Notes: generated by a model not told the origin, from the sequence alone. A stretch of DNA of 64,000 nt from an uncultured bacterium (GCA_965370555.1 CBDUVB010000003.1:20357-84356), one strand, 5' to 3'. Shown: positions 1 through 10,725, counted from the stretch's first letter. Made by a program: numbers and translations.

Positions 1-92
1 GAGTCGATCCGGAGAAGAACCTGTTGGTCCTAAAGGGGGCGACCCCAGGGGCGCGGGGGACGCTGTTACAGCTGAGGAAACACAATGGTTGA
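1..92 (+). CDS. rplC: 50S ribosomal protein L3, 3' end only (partial at window edge)
   Basis: Frame 3 translates ...VDPEKNLLVLKGATPGARGTLLQLRKHNG*, a typical L3 C-terminus. Its stop overlaps the rplD start, as in the S10 operon. Confidence 0.6.
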   Translation, partial: VDPEKNLLVLKGATPGARGTLLQLRKHNG

Positions 93-714
93 AGCGAAAC
101 AGTATGCGTTTGAAGGGGGAGCTGACCCTCAGGTCATCGCGTTGGAGGAAGAGGTATTTGGGGCGGAGATCAACAAGGATCTCTTGTACCGCACGGTGCG
201 GATGCAGCGTCTCAATCGCCGCCAGGGAACGAGTTCGACCAAAACTCGCGGGGAAGTCCGCGGTGGGGGGCGCAAGCCGTGGCGACAGAAGGGGACCGGA
301 CGGGCCCGTGCTGGGTCGCGTCGTTCACCTATATGGGTCGGTGGCGGAACGGTCTTTGGGCCGAAGCCGCGCTCCTATAACATCAAACTGACAAAGAAAA
401 TGCTCAAAAAAGCGCTCTCCTCGGCCCTCTCCGATCGGGCGAAGGACGAGAAGATCGCTCTTGTCGATCATATAGGGTTCGAAACGCCGAAGACGAAGGA
501 TGCCGTCTCTCTTATCACACGGTTGGGGATGACTGGAACTACCCTGGTCGTGGTCGGTGCGGGTGAGTATAATCGTGCTGTCAAGAAGTCCTTCTCCAAT
601 CTCCCAGGGGTGAAGTGTCTCGCCTGTGCGGGAATCAATGTGTACGACATCCTGCGTCACGAGGGGTTGGTATTGACCAACGAGGCGCTCGATGAGTTGA
701 AGGAGAGGTTTTAG
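85..714 (+). CDS. rplD: 50S ribosomal protein L4
   Basis: 209 aa; the KPWRQKGTGRAR motif matches the L4 family and the gene sits in the canonical S10-operon position. Confidence 0.95.
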   Translation: MVEAKQYAFEGGADPQVIALEEEVFGAEINKDLLYRTVRMQRLNRRQGTSSTKTRGEVRGGGRKPWRQKGTGRARAGSRRSPIWVGGGTVFGPKPRSYNIKLTKKMLKKALSSALSDRAKDEKIALVDHIGFETPKTKDAVSLITRLGMTGTTLVVVGAGEYNRAVKKSFSNLPGVKCLACAGINVYDILRHEGLVLTNEALDELKERF

Positions 715-716
715 CC

Positions 717-1016
717 ATGGCAAAGCTGGTTCATGCGGAGGATGTGATCCTCGCACCGATTCTGACCGAGGAGACATGGGCAAAGATGGAGGAGGGCAAG
801 TATTCCTTCCGCGTGGCGCTCGGCGCGAACAAGATTCAGATCCGCAAGGCGGTCGAGGAGCTGTTCAAGGTGAAGGTGGAGAAGGTGTGGACCGCGAATA
901 GGAAGGGAAAGCCTCGCCGAGAGCGGTTGAATCAGCTGCATGGGCGAACGTCGCGGTGGCGCAAAGCGATCGTGAAGCTGGTCCCTGGGAATCGGATCGA
1001 CATAATGGGAGGGTAG
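717..1016 (+). CDS. rplW: 50S ribosomal protein L23
   Basis: 99 aa, L23-like ([23 protein letters not shown]); lies between L4 and L2. Confidence 0.95.
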   Translation: MAKLVHAEDVILAPILTEETWAKMEEGKYSFRVALGANKIQIRKAVEELFKVKVEKVWTANRKGKPRRERLNQLHGRTSRWRKAIVKLVPGNRIDIMGG

Positions 1017-1023
1017 GCAAAGT

Positions 1024-1860
1024 ATGGCTTTGAAGAGATTTAAACCGACATCACCGGGACGTCGCCATGCCGAGCTTCCCGATTTTAGCGAGCTGACCGC
1101 GGCCGCGCCCGAGAAGAGTCTACTGCGCCCGTTGCCCAGGAAGGGAGGGCGGAACCACCGCGGGAAGATCACCGTGCGTTTCCGTGGCGGGGGGCACAAG
1201 CGCCACTACCGCATCATAGATTTCGCTCGTGACAAAGATGGAATTCCGGCGCGCGTCGTCTCGCGGGAGTACGACCCGAACCGATCGTCATGGATCACCC
1301 TTCTTCACTACGCAGACGGGGCGAAGCGGTATATTATCGCTCCGGTCTCCCTCGAAATAGGGAGTCAGGTTGAGGCGGGGGAGAAGGCGGAGATCCGTGT
1401 CGGAAATGCTCTTCCCCTACGCCGTATCCCTCTTGGGGCGGTGATTCATAACCTCGAATTATCCCCGGGACGGGGTGGGCAGGTGGCCCGCTCGGCTGGG
1501 ACCTCAGCGAAGTTGATCGGCAAGGAGGGGAAGCAGGCGCATATCCGAATGCCATCGGGTGAGGTTCGTATCTTCAATGTGGAGTGTCGGGCCACGATCG
1601 GTGAGGTCGGGAACCCCGACCATAAGAACGTAAAATCCGGCAAGGCGGGTCGTATCAGGCACATGGGGCGGAAACCGCACGTGCGCGGGGTAGCGATGAA
1701 CCCGGTCGATCACCCACACGGAGGAGGGGAAGGGCGGGCCCGTGTTGGACGCCCTCAGGTTTCGCCGACTGGTAAGCTGGCGAAGGGTGGCCGTACGCGG
1801 AAGAAGAGCAAGCGGTCGAGCGCCCTGATCGTGCGCCGCGCTGGCAAGGGGAGACGATAA
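1024..1860 (+). CDS. rplB: 50S ribosomal protein L2
   Basis: 278 aa with the conserved L2 motifs ([22 protein letters not shown]). Confidence 0.97.
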   Translation: MALKRFKPTSPGRRHAELPDFSELTAAAPEKSLLRPLPRKGGRNHRGKITVRFRGGGHKRHYRIIDFARDKDGIPARVVSREYDPNRSSWITLLHYADGAKRYIIAPVSLEIGSQVEAGEKAEIRVGNALPLRRIPLGAVIHNLELSPGRGGQVARSAGTSAKLIGKEGKQAHIRMPSGEVRIFNVECRATIGEVGNPDHKNVKSGKAGRIRHMGRKPHVRGVAMNPVDHPHGGGEGRARVGRPQVSPTGKLAKGGRTRKKSKRSSALIVRRAGKGRR

Positions 1861-1863
1861 TAA

Positions 1864-2148
1864 ATGCCGAGGTCGATGAAGAAGGGACCGTATGTGCTGG
1901 AGAGCCTTGCTAAGAAGGTCCGGAGAGCGAAACGGGGAGAATTGACGGAGATTAAGACGTGGTCGCGAGCCTCGATGGTCACCCCGGAGATGGTCGGGCT
2001 GACGATCAAGGTTCACAATGGGAAGGTACACGTGCCCGTTTACATCGTGGAGAACATGGTCGGGCATAAGCTAGGTGAGTTTGCCCCGACGCGAACCTTC
2101 CGCAGCCATGGTGGAACGAAGAAGAAGCGGGCGCCAGGCCTGACCTAA
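1864..2148 (+). CDS. rpsS: 30S ribosomal protein S19
   Basis: 94 aa with the S19 signature (KKGPYV...[14 protein letters not shown]...HNGK). Confidence 0.95.
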   Translation: MPRSMKKGPYVLESLAKKVRRAKRGELTEIKTWSRASMVTPEMVGLTIKVHNGKVHVPVYIVENMVGHKLGEFAPTRTFRSHGGTKKKRAPGLT

Positions 2149-2155
2149 GGGAGAT

Positions 2156-2500
2156 ATGATGGAAGCACGTGCAATTACGAGAGGTATTCGCCTCTCTTCG
2201 CGTAAGGCGCGATTGGTGATCGACGTCATTCGTGGGAAGAGTGTCAGTGAAGCGCTTAAGATTGTCTCCCTGTCGAGCAAGAAGGCGGCGCGACCGATCC
2301 GGAAGACGTTGGAATCGGCGATCGCCAATGCGGAGAACAACTACGACATCGATGTCGATAAGTTGTTCGTCGTGCGGGCAACCGTCGACATGGGCCGATC
2401 ACTGCGCCGGTTGAAGCCGCGGGCGATGGGGCGTGCCGATATCATTCGCCGACCGACGAGCCATATCACGATCGTCGTGGGCGAGAAAAGGAGTGCATGA
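2156..2500 (+). CDS. rplV: 50S ribosomal protein L22
   Basis: 114 aa, L22-like ([20 protein letters not shown]). Confidence 0.95.
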   Translation: MMEARAITRGIRLSSRKARLVIDVIRGKSVSEALKIVSLSSKKAARPIRKTLESAIANAENNYDIDVDKLFVVRATVDMGRSLRRLKPRAMGRADIIRRPTSHITIVVGEKRSA

Positions 2501-3156
2501 TGGGGCAGAAGGTCCATCCGATTGGATTTAGGGTAGGGGTAACGCGCAAGTGGATCTCCAACTGGTACAATCCCAAACTGGCTCCGGAGTACATAGCCGA
2601 GGATAAGAGGATTCGCGATCTGATCGGCGAACGATACCGTCGTGCTGCTGTTGCCGAGGTGAATATCGAGCGATCCAAAGAGGAGCGCGTGTCGATCATC
2701 ATCCGTTCGGCGCGGCCGGGAATCATCATCGGTCGTGGGGGGAGCGAGATCCAGAAGCTGCAGGATGCTCTGGAAGGTCTCACAGGCCGAAGCGTGAAGA
2801 TCTCGATCAAAGAGATTGAGCGACCTGATCTGGAGGCGGCTCTCGTCTCCCAAGATGTGGCGATGCAGATCGAGGGACGTATCGCTCCCGCCCGTGCAAT
2901 GAAGGAAGTTATCCGACGGGTGATCGGTGCCGGTGGCGAAGGGGTTAAGATCAAGGTCAGCGGACGATTGGGCGGTGTGGAGATTGCCCGTTCGATCACT
3001 ATGATGGAAGGGCGCGTTCCCCTACAGACGATCCGTGCGGATATCGACTACGGGTTCACCGAGGCGAGGACGAAGTACGGGAACATCGGGGTGAAGGCGT
3101 GGGTCTTCCGAGGGGAAAATACCCCTGGGAAGGCACAACGGGGCGGGGTGGAGTAA
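2497..3156 (+). CDS. rpsC: 30S ribosomal protein S3
   Basis: 219 aa; [13 protein letters not shown] start and KH domain. Confidence 0.95.
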   Translation: MMGQKVHPIGFRVGVTRKWISNWYNPKLAPEYIAEDKRIRDLIGERYRRAAVAEVNIERSKEERVSIIIRSARPGIIIGRGGSEIQKLQDALEGLTGRSVKISIKEIERPDLEAALVSQDVAMQIEGRIAPARAMKEVIRRVIGAGGEGVKIKVSGRLGGVEIARSITMMEGRVPLQTIRADIDYGFTEARTKYGNIGVKAWVFRGENTPGKAQRGGVE

Positions 3157-3157
3157 T

Positions 3158-3589
3158 ATGGCGCTTCTGTTTCCGAAGAGGACGAAGTATCGAAAGTTTC
3201 ATCGTGGACGGATGAAGGGGAAGGCAACCCGTGGGCAGGAGATCGCGTTCGGAGAGTACGGGATTCAGGCCCTGGCACCGGCGTGGATCACCGCGCGGCA
3301 GATCGAGGCTTGCCGGACGACCATCGCTCGCAAGACGCACCGCGATTCCAAGATCTGGATTCGTGTTTTTCCTGACAAAGCGGTCACCAAGCACCCTGCG
3401 GAAGCGAGGATGGGGAAAGGTAAAGGACCGGTCGATCACTGGGTTGTCGTGGTTAAGCCGGGGACTATCCTGTTCGAAGTAGCGGGGATTGGCGAGGCAG
3501 AGGCCAAACGCGTGCACGAGCTAGTCAGTCATAAGCTCCCTATTCCTACTCGACTGAAGCGCAAGATCGTCCTGGGAGGAGAGGCATGA
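3158..3589 (+). CDS. rplP: 50S ribosomal protein L16
   Basis: 143 aa; L16 motif (RTKYRKFHRGRMKG). Confidence 0.95.
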   Translation: MALLFPKRTKYRKFHRGRMKGKATRGQEIAFGEYGIQALAPAWITARQIEACRTTIARKTHRDSKIWIRVFPDKAVTKHPAEARMGKGKGPVDHWVVVVKPGTILFEVAGIGEAEAKRVHELVSHKLPIPTRLKRKIVLGGEA

Positions 3590-3786
3590 AGGCCGAAGCA
3601 TTGCGTGAATTGACGATAGAGGAACTCGATCAGAAGGAACGGGAGTTCAAGCGGAAGCTGTTCAACCTGCGCTTTCAGTTAGCGAGTGCAGAACTGGATA
3701 ATACGGCCGAGCTTGAGAAGACCCGCCGGGATATCGCACGGGTGATGACTATCACGCGTGCGAAAGAGCGGGAGGCAAAGAGATGA
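3586..3786 (+). CDS. rpmC: 50S ribosomal protein L29
   Basis: 66 aa; L29-like coiled coil (ELREL...EEL..K...LFNLRFQ); 4-nt overlap with neighbours. Confidence 0.9.
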   Translation: MKAEALRELTIEELDQKEREFKRKLFNLRFQLASAELDNTAELEKTRRDIARVMTITRAKEREAKR

Positions 3787-4028
3787 AGAAGGTTAAGATT
3801 GGCAACGTCGTTAGTGACCGCATGATGCATACCATCGTGGTCCGCGTCGAGGAGCGGCGTTTCCACCGTCGTTACCGGAAGAGCGTCAAGCGACACTTCA
3901 AGTTCTACGCGCACGATCCCGCCGGAGTGGCGGGGATGGGCGACCTGGTGAAGATCGAAGAGACCCGTCCTTACAGCCGACTGAAGCGGTGGCGATTGGT
4001 CGAGATTATAGAGAAAGCGGAGGGTTAG
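3783..4028 (+). CDS. rpsQ: 30S ribosomal protein S17
   Basis: 81 aa; S17 OB-fold ([17 protein letters not shown]). Confidence 0.9.
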   Translation: MKKVKIGNVVSDRMMHTIVVRVEERRFHRRYRKSVKRHFKFYAHDPAGVAGMGDLVKIEETRPYSRLKRWRLVEIIEKAEG

Positions 4029-4030
4029 TC

Positions 4031-4399
4031 GTGATCCAGATGCAGACGATGTTGAGGGTAGCGGATAACTCCGGGGCGAAGCTGGTGCGTTGCATCAACG
4101 TCCTGGGGCCCTCGAACCGGCGATGGGGTGAGATCGGAGATATTGTTGTCGGATCGGTCCGTAAGCGCCTCCCGACGAGCGATATCGAGAAGGGACAGCT
4201 CGTAAAAGGGGTTATAGTCCGGACGCGCAGCGCGTATCGACGGAAGGATGGGACTCACATCCGATTCGATGATAATGCGATTGTCCTCATCAACCCACAA
4301 GGGGAGCCGGTGGGAACCCGGGTCTTCGGTCCGGTGGCCCGAGAACTACGCGACAAGAAGATGATGCGTATCATCTCCCTTGCCCCTGAGGTTCTTTAG
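4031..4399 (+). CDS. rplN: 50S ribosomal protein L14
   Basis: GTG start ([17 protein letters not shown]...), trimmed from the 3989 ORF; L14 signature. Confidence 0.92.
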   Translation: MIQMQTMLRVADNSGAKLVRCINVLGPSNRRWGEIGDIVVGSVRKRLPTSDIEKGQLVKGVIVRTRSAYRRKDGTHIRFDDNAIVLINPQGEPVGTRVFGPVARELRDKKMMRIISLAPEVL

Positions 4400-4412
4400 G
4401 AGGAATTAGGCG

Positions 4413-4724
4413 ATGAGAAAGGTTCGCAAAGGGGATCGCGTCAAGGTCATCTCCGGAAACGATCGCGGTAAAACGGGGAAGGTGATGGTCGTCTACCCTG
4501 AACGGGAGCGGATCATCGTGGAGAACGTGCATATGATTACCAAGCACCAGCGGGCGACACAGACCCTGCGTGAGCCAGGGATCATCAAGCGCGAAGGGAC
4601 GATTCATATCTCTAATGTCCTCCCGATTTGCCCGGAGTGCGGGGTTCCGACACGGGTCGGTTTCGCGGTGGTGGATGGCGAGAAGATGCGTCGTTGCAAG
4701 CAGTGCGGGGAGATATTCAGGTAA
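4413..4724 (+). CDS. rplX: 50S ribosomal protein L24 (KOW) with an inserted Cys4 zinc-ribbon at the C-terminus
   Basis: 103 aa; KOW motif ([18 protein letters not shown]) plus CPEC...CKQC near the C-terminus. Confidence 0.9.
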   Translation: MRKVRKGDRVKVISGNDRGKTGKVMVVYPERERIIVENVHMITKHQRATQTLREPGIIKREGTIHISNVLPICPECGVPTRVGFAVVDGEKMRRCKQCGEIFR

Positions 4725-4725
4725 G

Positions 4726-5256
4726 ATGCTACGTGAGAAGTTTGAGACAGAAATAGCTCCTCAGTTGATGAAGGAGTTGAATCTTTCGAATGTGATGGAG
4801 GTTCCTCGCCTGGAGAAGATTGCCATCAACATGGGTGTCTCCGATAAGGATAACCCGAAGGTGCTCGAAGGGGCGGTGAAGAACCTGGCGAAGATCACCG
4901 GACAGAAGCCAGTCGTGACCAAGGCTAAGAAGTCGATCTCCGATTTCCACCTCACGGAAGGGGATCCGATAGGGTGCAAGGTGACGCTCCGCCGTGACCG
5001 TGCCTACGAGTTTCTGAACAAGCTGTTCAACGCGGTCCTCCCCGGGATCCGTGACTTCCGCGGTCTGTCGGCTTCCTCGTTCGATGGGCGGGGGAACTAC
5101 ACTCTCGGGTTGAGTGAGCAGTTAGCTTTCCCGGAGATCTCCTATAAGGAGGTCACGGCGACACAAGGGATGGATATCACGATCGTCACCACGGCGCAGA
5201 CCGATAAGGAAGGGTACTCTCTGTTGAAGGGATTGGGCCTTCCGTTCAAGGATTAG
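4726..5256 (+). CDS. rplE: 50S ribosomal protein L5
   Basis: Start trimmed to the ATG at 4726 ([19 protein letters not shown]...), two nt after the L24 stop; L5 family. Confidence 0.93.
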   Translation: MLREKFETEIAPQLMKELNLSNVMEVPRLEKIAINMGVSDKDNPKVLEGAVKNLAKITGQKPVVTKAKKSISDFHLTEGDPIGCKVTLRRDRAYEFLNKLFNAVLPGIRDFRGLSASSFDGRGNYTLGLSEQLAFPEISYKEVTATQGMDITIVTTAQTDKEGYSLLKGLGLPFKD

Positions 5257-5265
5257 GGGGCGTTT

Positions 5266-5451
5266 ATGGCGAAGAAAGCATTGATAATAAAGAGCAACAG
5301 GGAGCCAAAGTATTCGACTAGGGCTTACAACCGGTGCAACCTGTGTGGACGACCGCATGCGTACATCCGTGATTTCGGGCTTTGTCGCCTTTGCTTCCGC
5401 AAGCTCGCGCACAAGGGAGAGATCCCTGGCGTCAAGAAGTCAAGCTGGTAA
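5266..5451 (+). CDS. rpsZ: 30S ribosomal protein S14 type Z (zinc-binding, 61 aa)
   Basis: 61 aa with [20 protein letters not shown], the Zn-ribbon S14 form. Confidence 0.9.
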   Translation: MAKKALIIKSNREPKYSTRAYNRCNLCGRPHAYIRDFGLCRLCFRKLAHKGEIPGVKKSSW

Positions 5452-5463
5452 AGGGAGAAAGAG

Positions 5464-5871
5464 ATGATGATAGCGCACCCGGTCGCCGATATGTTGACTC
5501 GGATCCGCAATGCGAGCGGAAAATTCCATCCCGATGTGTCGATGCCGCACTCGAAAATGAAAGAGGCAATCGCTCGTATCCTTGAGGCAGAGGGGTATAT
5601 CAAGGGTTACGAGGTGATCCTTCACGACGTGCAGCCTGATCTCTCGCTCAAGCTGAAGTATCAAGGGGAACGGAGTCATGCGAAACAGGCGATCACGACG
5701 ATCAGACTAGTGAGTAAGCCAGGTCGCCGCATCTACGTGGGAAAGGATAGAATCCCGCGGCCATTAGGCGGGATGGGGATCTGTATTCTCTCCACCTCTC
5801 AGGGTGTTCTCGCTGGGCACGATGCAATGGAACGCGGAATCGGTGGCGAGATTCTCTGCGAGGTATTTTAA
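5464..5871 (+). CDS. rpsH: 30S ribosomal protein S8
   Basis: 135 aa; S8 motif (DMLTRIRNA). Confidence 0.95.
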   Translation: MMIAHPVADMLTRIRNASGKFHPDVSMPHSKMKEAIARILEAEGYIKGYEVILHDVQPDLSLKLKYQGERSHAKQAITTIRLVSKPGRRIYVGKDRIPRPLGGMGICILSTSQGVLAGHDAMERGIGGEILCEVF

Positions 5872-5882
5872 GGTGATGCACT

Positions 5883-6434
5883 ATGTCTAAGGTTGGAAAG
5901 GTTCCTGTAACGATTCCCGATGGTGTCAAGGTTAATGTGACCCAGGCTACGTTTACGGTGGAGGGGAAGCACGGTCGTTTGGTGCAGGATTATCGTCCTG
6001 ACCTGGTTGCGATCGAGGTCGGCGAGGGAATGGCTACGGTAAGCCGTAGACAGGAAGGGAAGCAGTATCGCGCCTTCCACGGACTGTACCGGAGCCTTCT
6101 AGCGAACATGGTGCGCGGGGTCTCGGAAAAGTGGGAGAAGTCGCTCCTAGTGAAAGGACTTGGGTACCGGGCGCGTCTTCAGGGTACGACCCTCATTCTC
6201 GACCTCGGCTATTCCAATCCTATGGAGTACTCCCTTCCGGATGGGGTCGAGGCCGAACTCCCTAACCCGAACGAGATTATCCTGCGAGGAATCGACAAAC
6301 AGCAGGTTGGTCAGGCGGCGGCCAAGATTCGGGCGTTTCGCAAGCCGAACGTCTACAGTGGGAAAGGGATTCGCTACAAGGATGAACAGGTTCTGCATAA
6401 GGCCGGGAAGCTCGGTGGTCCGGGTGCCGGATAG
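5883..6434 (+). CDS. rplF: 50S ribosomal protein L6
   Basis: 183 aa; [16 protein letters not shown] start. Confidence 0.95.
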   Translation: MSKVGKVPVTIPDGVKVNVTQATFTVEGKHGRLVQDYRPDLVAIEVGEGMATVSRRQEGKQYRAFHGLYRSLLANMVRGVSEKWEKSLLVKGLGYRARLQGTTLILDLGYSNPMEYSLPDGVEAELPNPNEIILRGIDKQQVGQAAAKIRAFRKPNVYSGKGIRYKDEQVLHKAGKLGGPGAG

Positions 6435-6439
6435 GGAGT

Positions 6440-6811
6440 GTGAATAAGATGGCAAGGTTTGGTAGGGAGGCGGAACGCGCCAAGCGTCACCGCCGGCTCC
6501 GCAAAACGATTCACGGGACGCCGGAGCGGCTGCGCTTGTGCGTCAACAAGAGCCTGCACAACATCTATGTTCAGGTGATCGATGATGAAGCCAGGCATAC
6601 GTTGGTTTCGGCGTCGACCCTGGACTCTCAGCTCAGAGGAGAGGTGAATGGGTGCAACATCCCTGCCGCTACGAGAGTAGGGACACTCCTAGCGGAGCGG
6701 GCGAGGGCAAAGGGCATTGAGGCGGTGGTCTTCGATCGGGGGGGATACCGCTATCATGGGGTCGTTGCTGCTTTGGCGGAAGCCTGTCGCAAGGGAGGGC
6801 TGAAGTTTTGA
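6440..6811 (+). CDS. rplR: 50S ribosomal protein L18
   Basis: 123 aa; [20 protein letters not shown]. Confidence 0.93.
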   Translation: MNKMARFGREAERAKRHRRLRKTIHGTPERLRLCVNKSLHNIYVQVIDDEARHTLVSASTLDSQLRGEVNGCNIPAATRVGTLLAERARAKGIEAVVFDRGGYRYHGVVAALAEACRKGGLKF

Positions 6812-7320
6812 GAGCCATGCGTCGTCAAACTGATGAATTTGAGAACGAAATTATCGAAATCAGGCGGGTCAGTAAGGTCACTAAAGGTGGACGAAACCTG
6901 AAGTTCCGTGTGCTGATCGTGATCGGGGATGGCAAGGGACGCGTTGGGGTGGGACGGGGGAACACGACCGAGATCCCACGTGCTATTCAACAGGCGATCC
7001 GCGATGCTAAGAGGAACATGATTACGGTCAATTTAACTGATGGGACCCTACCGCATGAGATAACCGGAAAATTCAAGGCGGGGAAGATCTTGTTGAAGCC
7101 GGCCCACCCTGGGACAGGGATCATTGCGGGGGTGACGGTGGGAGCGATCTGCCGCTTGGCCGGGATTAAGGATATCCTTACGAAGTCCCTGGGAACGACT
7201 AACCCCCTGACCCTTTCGCGAGCGACGATTGAGGGGCTCGCCCACCTGCGGAGGAGCGAAGAGGTGGATGCATTGCGGGGTCGTACCCGTGCGACCGAGG
7301 AGGTTACTGATGAGGCTTGA
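6808..7320 (+). CDS. rpsE: 30S ribosomal protein S5
   Basis: 170 aa; S5 dsRBD and C-terminal domain ([16 protein letters not shown]...). Confidence 0.95.
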   Translation: MRAMRRQTDEFENEIIEIRRVSKVTKGGRNLKFRVLIVIGDGKGRVGVGRGNTTEIPRAIQQAIRDAKRNMITVNLTDGTLPHEITGKFKAGKILLKPAHPGTGIIAGVTVGAICRLAGIKDILTKSLGTTNPLTLSRATIEGLAHLRRSEEVDALRGRTRATEEVTDEA

Positions 7321-7756
7321 GGATCTTCGTCCAACCAAGGGGAGCGTCCACCGCCGTAAGCGCATCGGGCGTGGGTATGGATCCGGGCGCGGTGGGCATG
7401 AGTGCGGCCGCGGGAACGGAGGACAGAACTCCCGTAGCGGTGGCGGGGTTCGCCCTGGTTTTGAGGGTGGGCAGACCCCAATCTGGATGCGCTTTCCCAA
7501 GCGTGGTTTTCACAACCCTACTCGTGTCGAGTACGCCTGTATCAACCTGGATACACTGGAGAGCCGCTTTGAGCCACAGGCCGAGGTGACGCTGGATGAA
7601 CTGCGAGCGCTGAAGGTGGTTAAGGGGCGAGTCTCACGATTGAAGATCCTCGGCCGTGGAGAGTTGACCAAACCGTTGATCGTCCACGCCGATCGCTACA
7701 CCCGGGAAGCGCGGCAGAAGATCGAGCAGGCCGGCGGAAAGGCTGAGGTGGTGTGA
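7310..7756 (+). CDS. rplO: 50S ribosomal protein L15
   Basis: Start trimmed to ATG 7310 ([29 protein letters not shown]...). It overlaps the rpsE end by 11 nt, so there is no rpmD between them. Confidence 0.9.
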   Translation: MRLEDLRPTKGSVHRRKRIGRGYGSGRGGHECGRGNGGQNSRSGGGVRPGFEGGQTPIWMRFPKRGFHNPTRVEYACINLDTLESRFEPQAEVTLDELRALKVVKGRVSRLKILGRGELTKPLIVHADRYTREARQKIEQAGGKAEVV

Positions 7757-9048
7757 AGATGTGGGAAAAGTTCGCAAACATCTTCCACGTCCCGGAGCTG
7801 CGTAAGCGACTCCTGTTTACGTTGGGGGCGATCATCATCTTTCGCCTGGGGACCCACATCCCTGTGCCCGGCGTTGAAGCGGCGGCGTTGAAGAACTTTT
7901 TCGCCAGCCAGGGTGGGGGAATCTTCGACTTCCTGAACATGTTCACCGGAGGGGCGCTTCAGCGCTTCTCTCTCTTTGCCCTCGGGGTGACCCCGTACAT
8001 CAACGCGTCGATCATCTTCAGTCTCCTCACTTCTGTCGTCCCGAAACTTAAGGAACTGCAGCAGCAGGGGCGTGAGGGACGGCGGAAGATTACCGCTTAC
8101 ACCCGCTGGTCAGCCCTTGGTTTGGCCTTCGTTCAAGGTACGACGATGAGTATGCTGATCGTGAACTGGGGTCTCTCAAGCGGAGGAATCTGGTTCTACA
8201 TTACTTCGATTATCACCCTGACGACAGGGACGATCTTCCTGATGTGGCTCGGGGAACGAATGACGGAGAACGGGATTGGAAACGGGATCAGCATGATTAT
8301 CATGATTGGTATTCTCTCTCGGTTCCCAGCGCAGCTGCAAACGACGTACAACGATATCACCACCGGGACGGTGAGCCCGTTCTGGGGAGCGGCGTTGATC
8401 GTGTTGTTTGTGGTGGTGATCTCCGGGGTGATCATGATCCAACAAGGGCAGCGCAGGATTGTCATTCAGTACGCCAAGAGGACCTCTGGTCGCCGTGTCT
8501 ACGGGGGGCACACCTCCCATCTTCCGATCCGGGTCAACCAGGGAGGGGTGATCCCGATCATCTTTGCCATGGCCCTGTTAACATTGCCGATGACCCTCTT
8601 CCAGGCGATCCCGTCCCTTGGTTGGATGCAACCCTACATCCAAAACGGGAGCCCGATCTATATCACAGCCTATGTGATCCTCATCTTCTTCTTCACCTAT
8701 TTCTACAGTTCTATCGTCTTCGATCCGGAGGATGTGGCGAAGAACGTGCGCGAATCAGGGGGGTTCATCCCTGGGGTACGACCTGGGCGACCGACCGCCG
8801 AGTACATCTCCGGGGTGCTGAATCGAATCCTATTGGTGGGTGCTACCTTCCTTGCTGCGATTGCTGTATTGCCGTATCTCCTTGCGGGGCTGAGCGGGCT
8901 TAGTGGAATGTACCTGATCGGTGGAACCTCGCTGTTGATCGTGGTCGGTGTGGGACTTGACACGATCATGCAGGTCGAGGCGCACCTTGTGATGCGTCAC
9001 TATGAGAGCCTCACCAAAGCGGGTGGGCTGCTTGGACGGAGGCGGTGA
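7753..9048 (+). CDS. secY: preprotein translocase subunit SecY
   Basis: 431 aa, 10 TM segments, SecY family (LGTHIPVPGV, GIGNGISMIIM). Confidence 0.95.
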   Translation: MKMWEKFANIFHVPELRKRLLFTLGAIIIFRLGTHIPVPGVEAAALKNFFASQGGGIFDFLNMFTGGALQRFSLFALGVTPYINASIIFSLLTSVVPKLKELQQQGREGRRKITAYTRWSALGLAFVQGTTMSMLIVNWGLSSGGIWFYITSIITLTTGTIFLMWLGERMTENGIGNGISMIIMIGILSRFPAQLQTTYNDITTGTVSPFWGAALIVLFVVVISGVIMIQQGQRRIVIQYAKRTSGRRVYGGHTSHLPIRVNQGGVIPIIFAMALLTLPMTLFQAIPSLGWMQPYIQNGSPIYITAYVILIFFFTYFYSSIVFDPEDVAKNVRESGGFIPGVRPGRPTAEYISGVLNRILLVGATFLAAIAVLPYLLAGLSGLSGMYLIGGTSLLIVVGVGLDTIMQVEAHLVMRHYESLTKAGGLLGRRR

Positions 9049-9677
9049 CAATGCTGAAACGAATCACCCTTCTCGGTCCTCCAGGAGCGGGGAAAGGTAC
9101 GCAGGCGAAACTGATCGCTCAGAAGAGCGGCCTTGTCCACCTATCGACCGGAGATATCCTTCGTGATGAGGTCGCTCGCTCGACCGAACTTGGCCGGGCG
9201 GCGAAGGGGTACATGGACCGTGGCGATCTCGTCCCCGATCAGTTGATCATCGATATGATCCGAGGCCGGATAGCCGAGACCGATGGATTTATCCTCGATG
9301 GGTTTCCGCGAACGGTGGCGCAGGCCGAAGCTCTCTCCGAGATTACCTCCATCGATTCGGCGATCAATATCGCCCTGACACGGGAGGATGTGATCGAGCG
9401 CCTCTCCTCACGGCGAGTCTGCAAAGAATGTGGGAGGATCTATAACCTTCTCTTCAACCCACCTGCGGACAAAACCCAGTGCGATACTTGTGGGGGAGAG
9501 TTATTCCAACGCGACGACGACCAACAGGCAGTGATCGAGAACCGTTATGATGTTTACATGCAGGCGACGGCTCCGTTGATCGATTTCTATAGCACACGTG
9601 GATTGCTACGGGAGGTCGATGGCTCTCAGCCGACGGAAGCGGTGCTCGAAGCGATCATGGACTATCTTTCTTCATGA
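9045..9677 (+). CDS. adk: adenylate kinase with a Cys4 zinc LID domain
   Basis: GPPGAGKGTQA P-loop; LID domain CKECG...CDTCG. Confidence 0.95.
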   Translation: MTMLKRITLLGPPGAGKGTQAKLIAQKSGLVHLSTGDILRDEVARSTELGRAAKGYMDRGDLVPDQLIIDMIRGRIAETDGFILDGFPRTVAQAEALSEITSIDSAINIALTREDVIERLSSRRVCKECGRIYNLLFNPPADKTQCDTCGGELFQRDDDQQAVIENRYDVYMQATAPLIDFYSTRGLLREVDGSQPTEAVLEAIMDYLSS

Positions 9678-10444
9678 TCCGCTTGAAGACCTCTGCCGAG
9701 ATTGCGATAATGCGCGCGAACGGCCGCATCCTGGCAGCGACGTTGCACGCGATTTGCCAGGAGGCAACCCCAGGGACGAGCACGGGGTCATTGGATTCCC
9801 TTGCCGAGGATCTGATACGCCAAGCCGGAGCAAGACCGGCGTTCAAGGGATACAAAGGGTTTCCAGCGACGATCTGTTCCTCGATTAACGCTGAGGTAGT
9901 GCATGGGATCCCGTCGAAGGGGCGACACTTGCGTGATGGAGATATCCTCTCGATCGATATTGGCTTGGTGCGCAATGGTTTCTACAGCGATATGGCGACG
10001 ACCGTTATGGTGGGAGATGTCGATCCTGTGGCGAAGAACCTGCTACGGGTGACGCAGGAGAGCTTGTGGCGTGGGATTGGACAGGTTACAATTGGAAATC
10101 GGTTGTCAGACGTCTCGCATGCGATCGGCTCCTACGTTGAGAGTAAAGGTTTTTACGTGGTGCGGGAGTATGTTGGGCATGGGATCGGCAGGGATCTCCA
10201 TGAGGATCCACAGATCCTGAACTATGGCCCAGCGGGGCAAGGCCCGCGATTGCGTGCAGGCATGGTCTTTGCGATTGAACCGATGGTGAAAGTCGATCCT
10301 GATCCGACCCGGGTCCTCGAAAACGGATGGACCGTGGTGACGGCGACAGAGGGGCTATCAGCACATTTTGAGCACACCGTCGCTATAACAGAGACGGGGG
10401 CAGAGGTTCTGACACGAGGAGGTGAAGAGAAGCGTAGTGGCTAA
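9674..10444 (+). CDS. map: type I methionine aminopeptidase
   Basis: 256 aa with the MetAP metal ligands and motifs ([16 protein letters not shown]). Confidence 0.95.
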   Translation: MIRLKTSAEIAIMRANGRILAATLHAICQEATPGTSTGSLDSLAEDLIRQAGARPAFKGYKGFPATICSSINAEVVHGIPSKGRHLRDGDILSIDIGLVRNGFYSDMATTVMVGDVDPVAKNLLRVTQESLWRGIGQVTIGNRLSDVSHAIGSYVESKGFYVVREYVGHGIGRDLHEDPQILNYGPAGQGPRLRAGMVFAIEPMVKVDPDPTRVLENGWTVVTATEGLSAHFEHTVAITETGAEVLTRGGEEKRSG

Positions 10445-10706
10445 ACCAGATAAACAGGGGCAGAAACGGAGGTCTTCGTACCCCGGCTCCAAGGACACAG
10501 ATGTTATTCGTCAACGCGGTGAGGTGATAGAGAGCCTTCCGGGTTCGATGTTTCGGGTGCAGTTCCCTAACGAGCATATCGTTCTGTGTCACATCTCTGG
10601 GAAGATCCGGAAGCACTACATCCGTATCTTGACGGGGGACCGCGTGATTGTGGAGTTCTCCCCGTATGACCTGACAAAGGGGCGGATTGTTTACCGGGAG
10701 AGCTAG
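10422..10706 (+). CDS. infA: translation initiation factor IF-1 with a basic N-terminal extension of about 20 aa
   Basis: The C-terminal 70 aa align with IF-1 (S1 fold; LPGSMFRV...[19 protein letters not shown]...[12 protein letters not shown]). The start is ambiguous: GTG at 10422 or GTG at 10437. Confidence 0.85.
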   Translation: MKRSVVAKPDKQGQKRRSSYPGSKDTDVIRQRGEVIESLPGSMFRVQFPNEHIVLCHISGKIRKHYIRILTGDRVIVEFSPYDLTKGRIVYRES

Positions 10707-10725
10707 TCACAAACGCTCGATTACG

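Noticed and set aside
711-2999. Long antisense or alternative-frame ORFs inside the ribosomal-protein genes (for example 711..1199 -, 1504..2067 -, 2341..2853 -, 2466..2999 -)
   Set aside because: They overlap strongly supported r-protein genes on the opposite strand or in another frame, have Arg/Pro/Ser-rich low-complexity translations typical of high-GC noise, and have no family resemblance.
8176-8903. ORFs 8244..8903 (+) and 8176..8520 (-) within secY
   Set aside because: They lie in alternative frames of the SecY coding sequence; their translations are His/Arg/Asp-rich nonsense.
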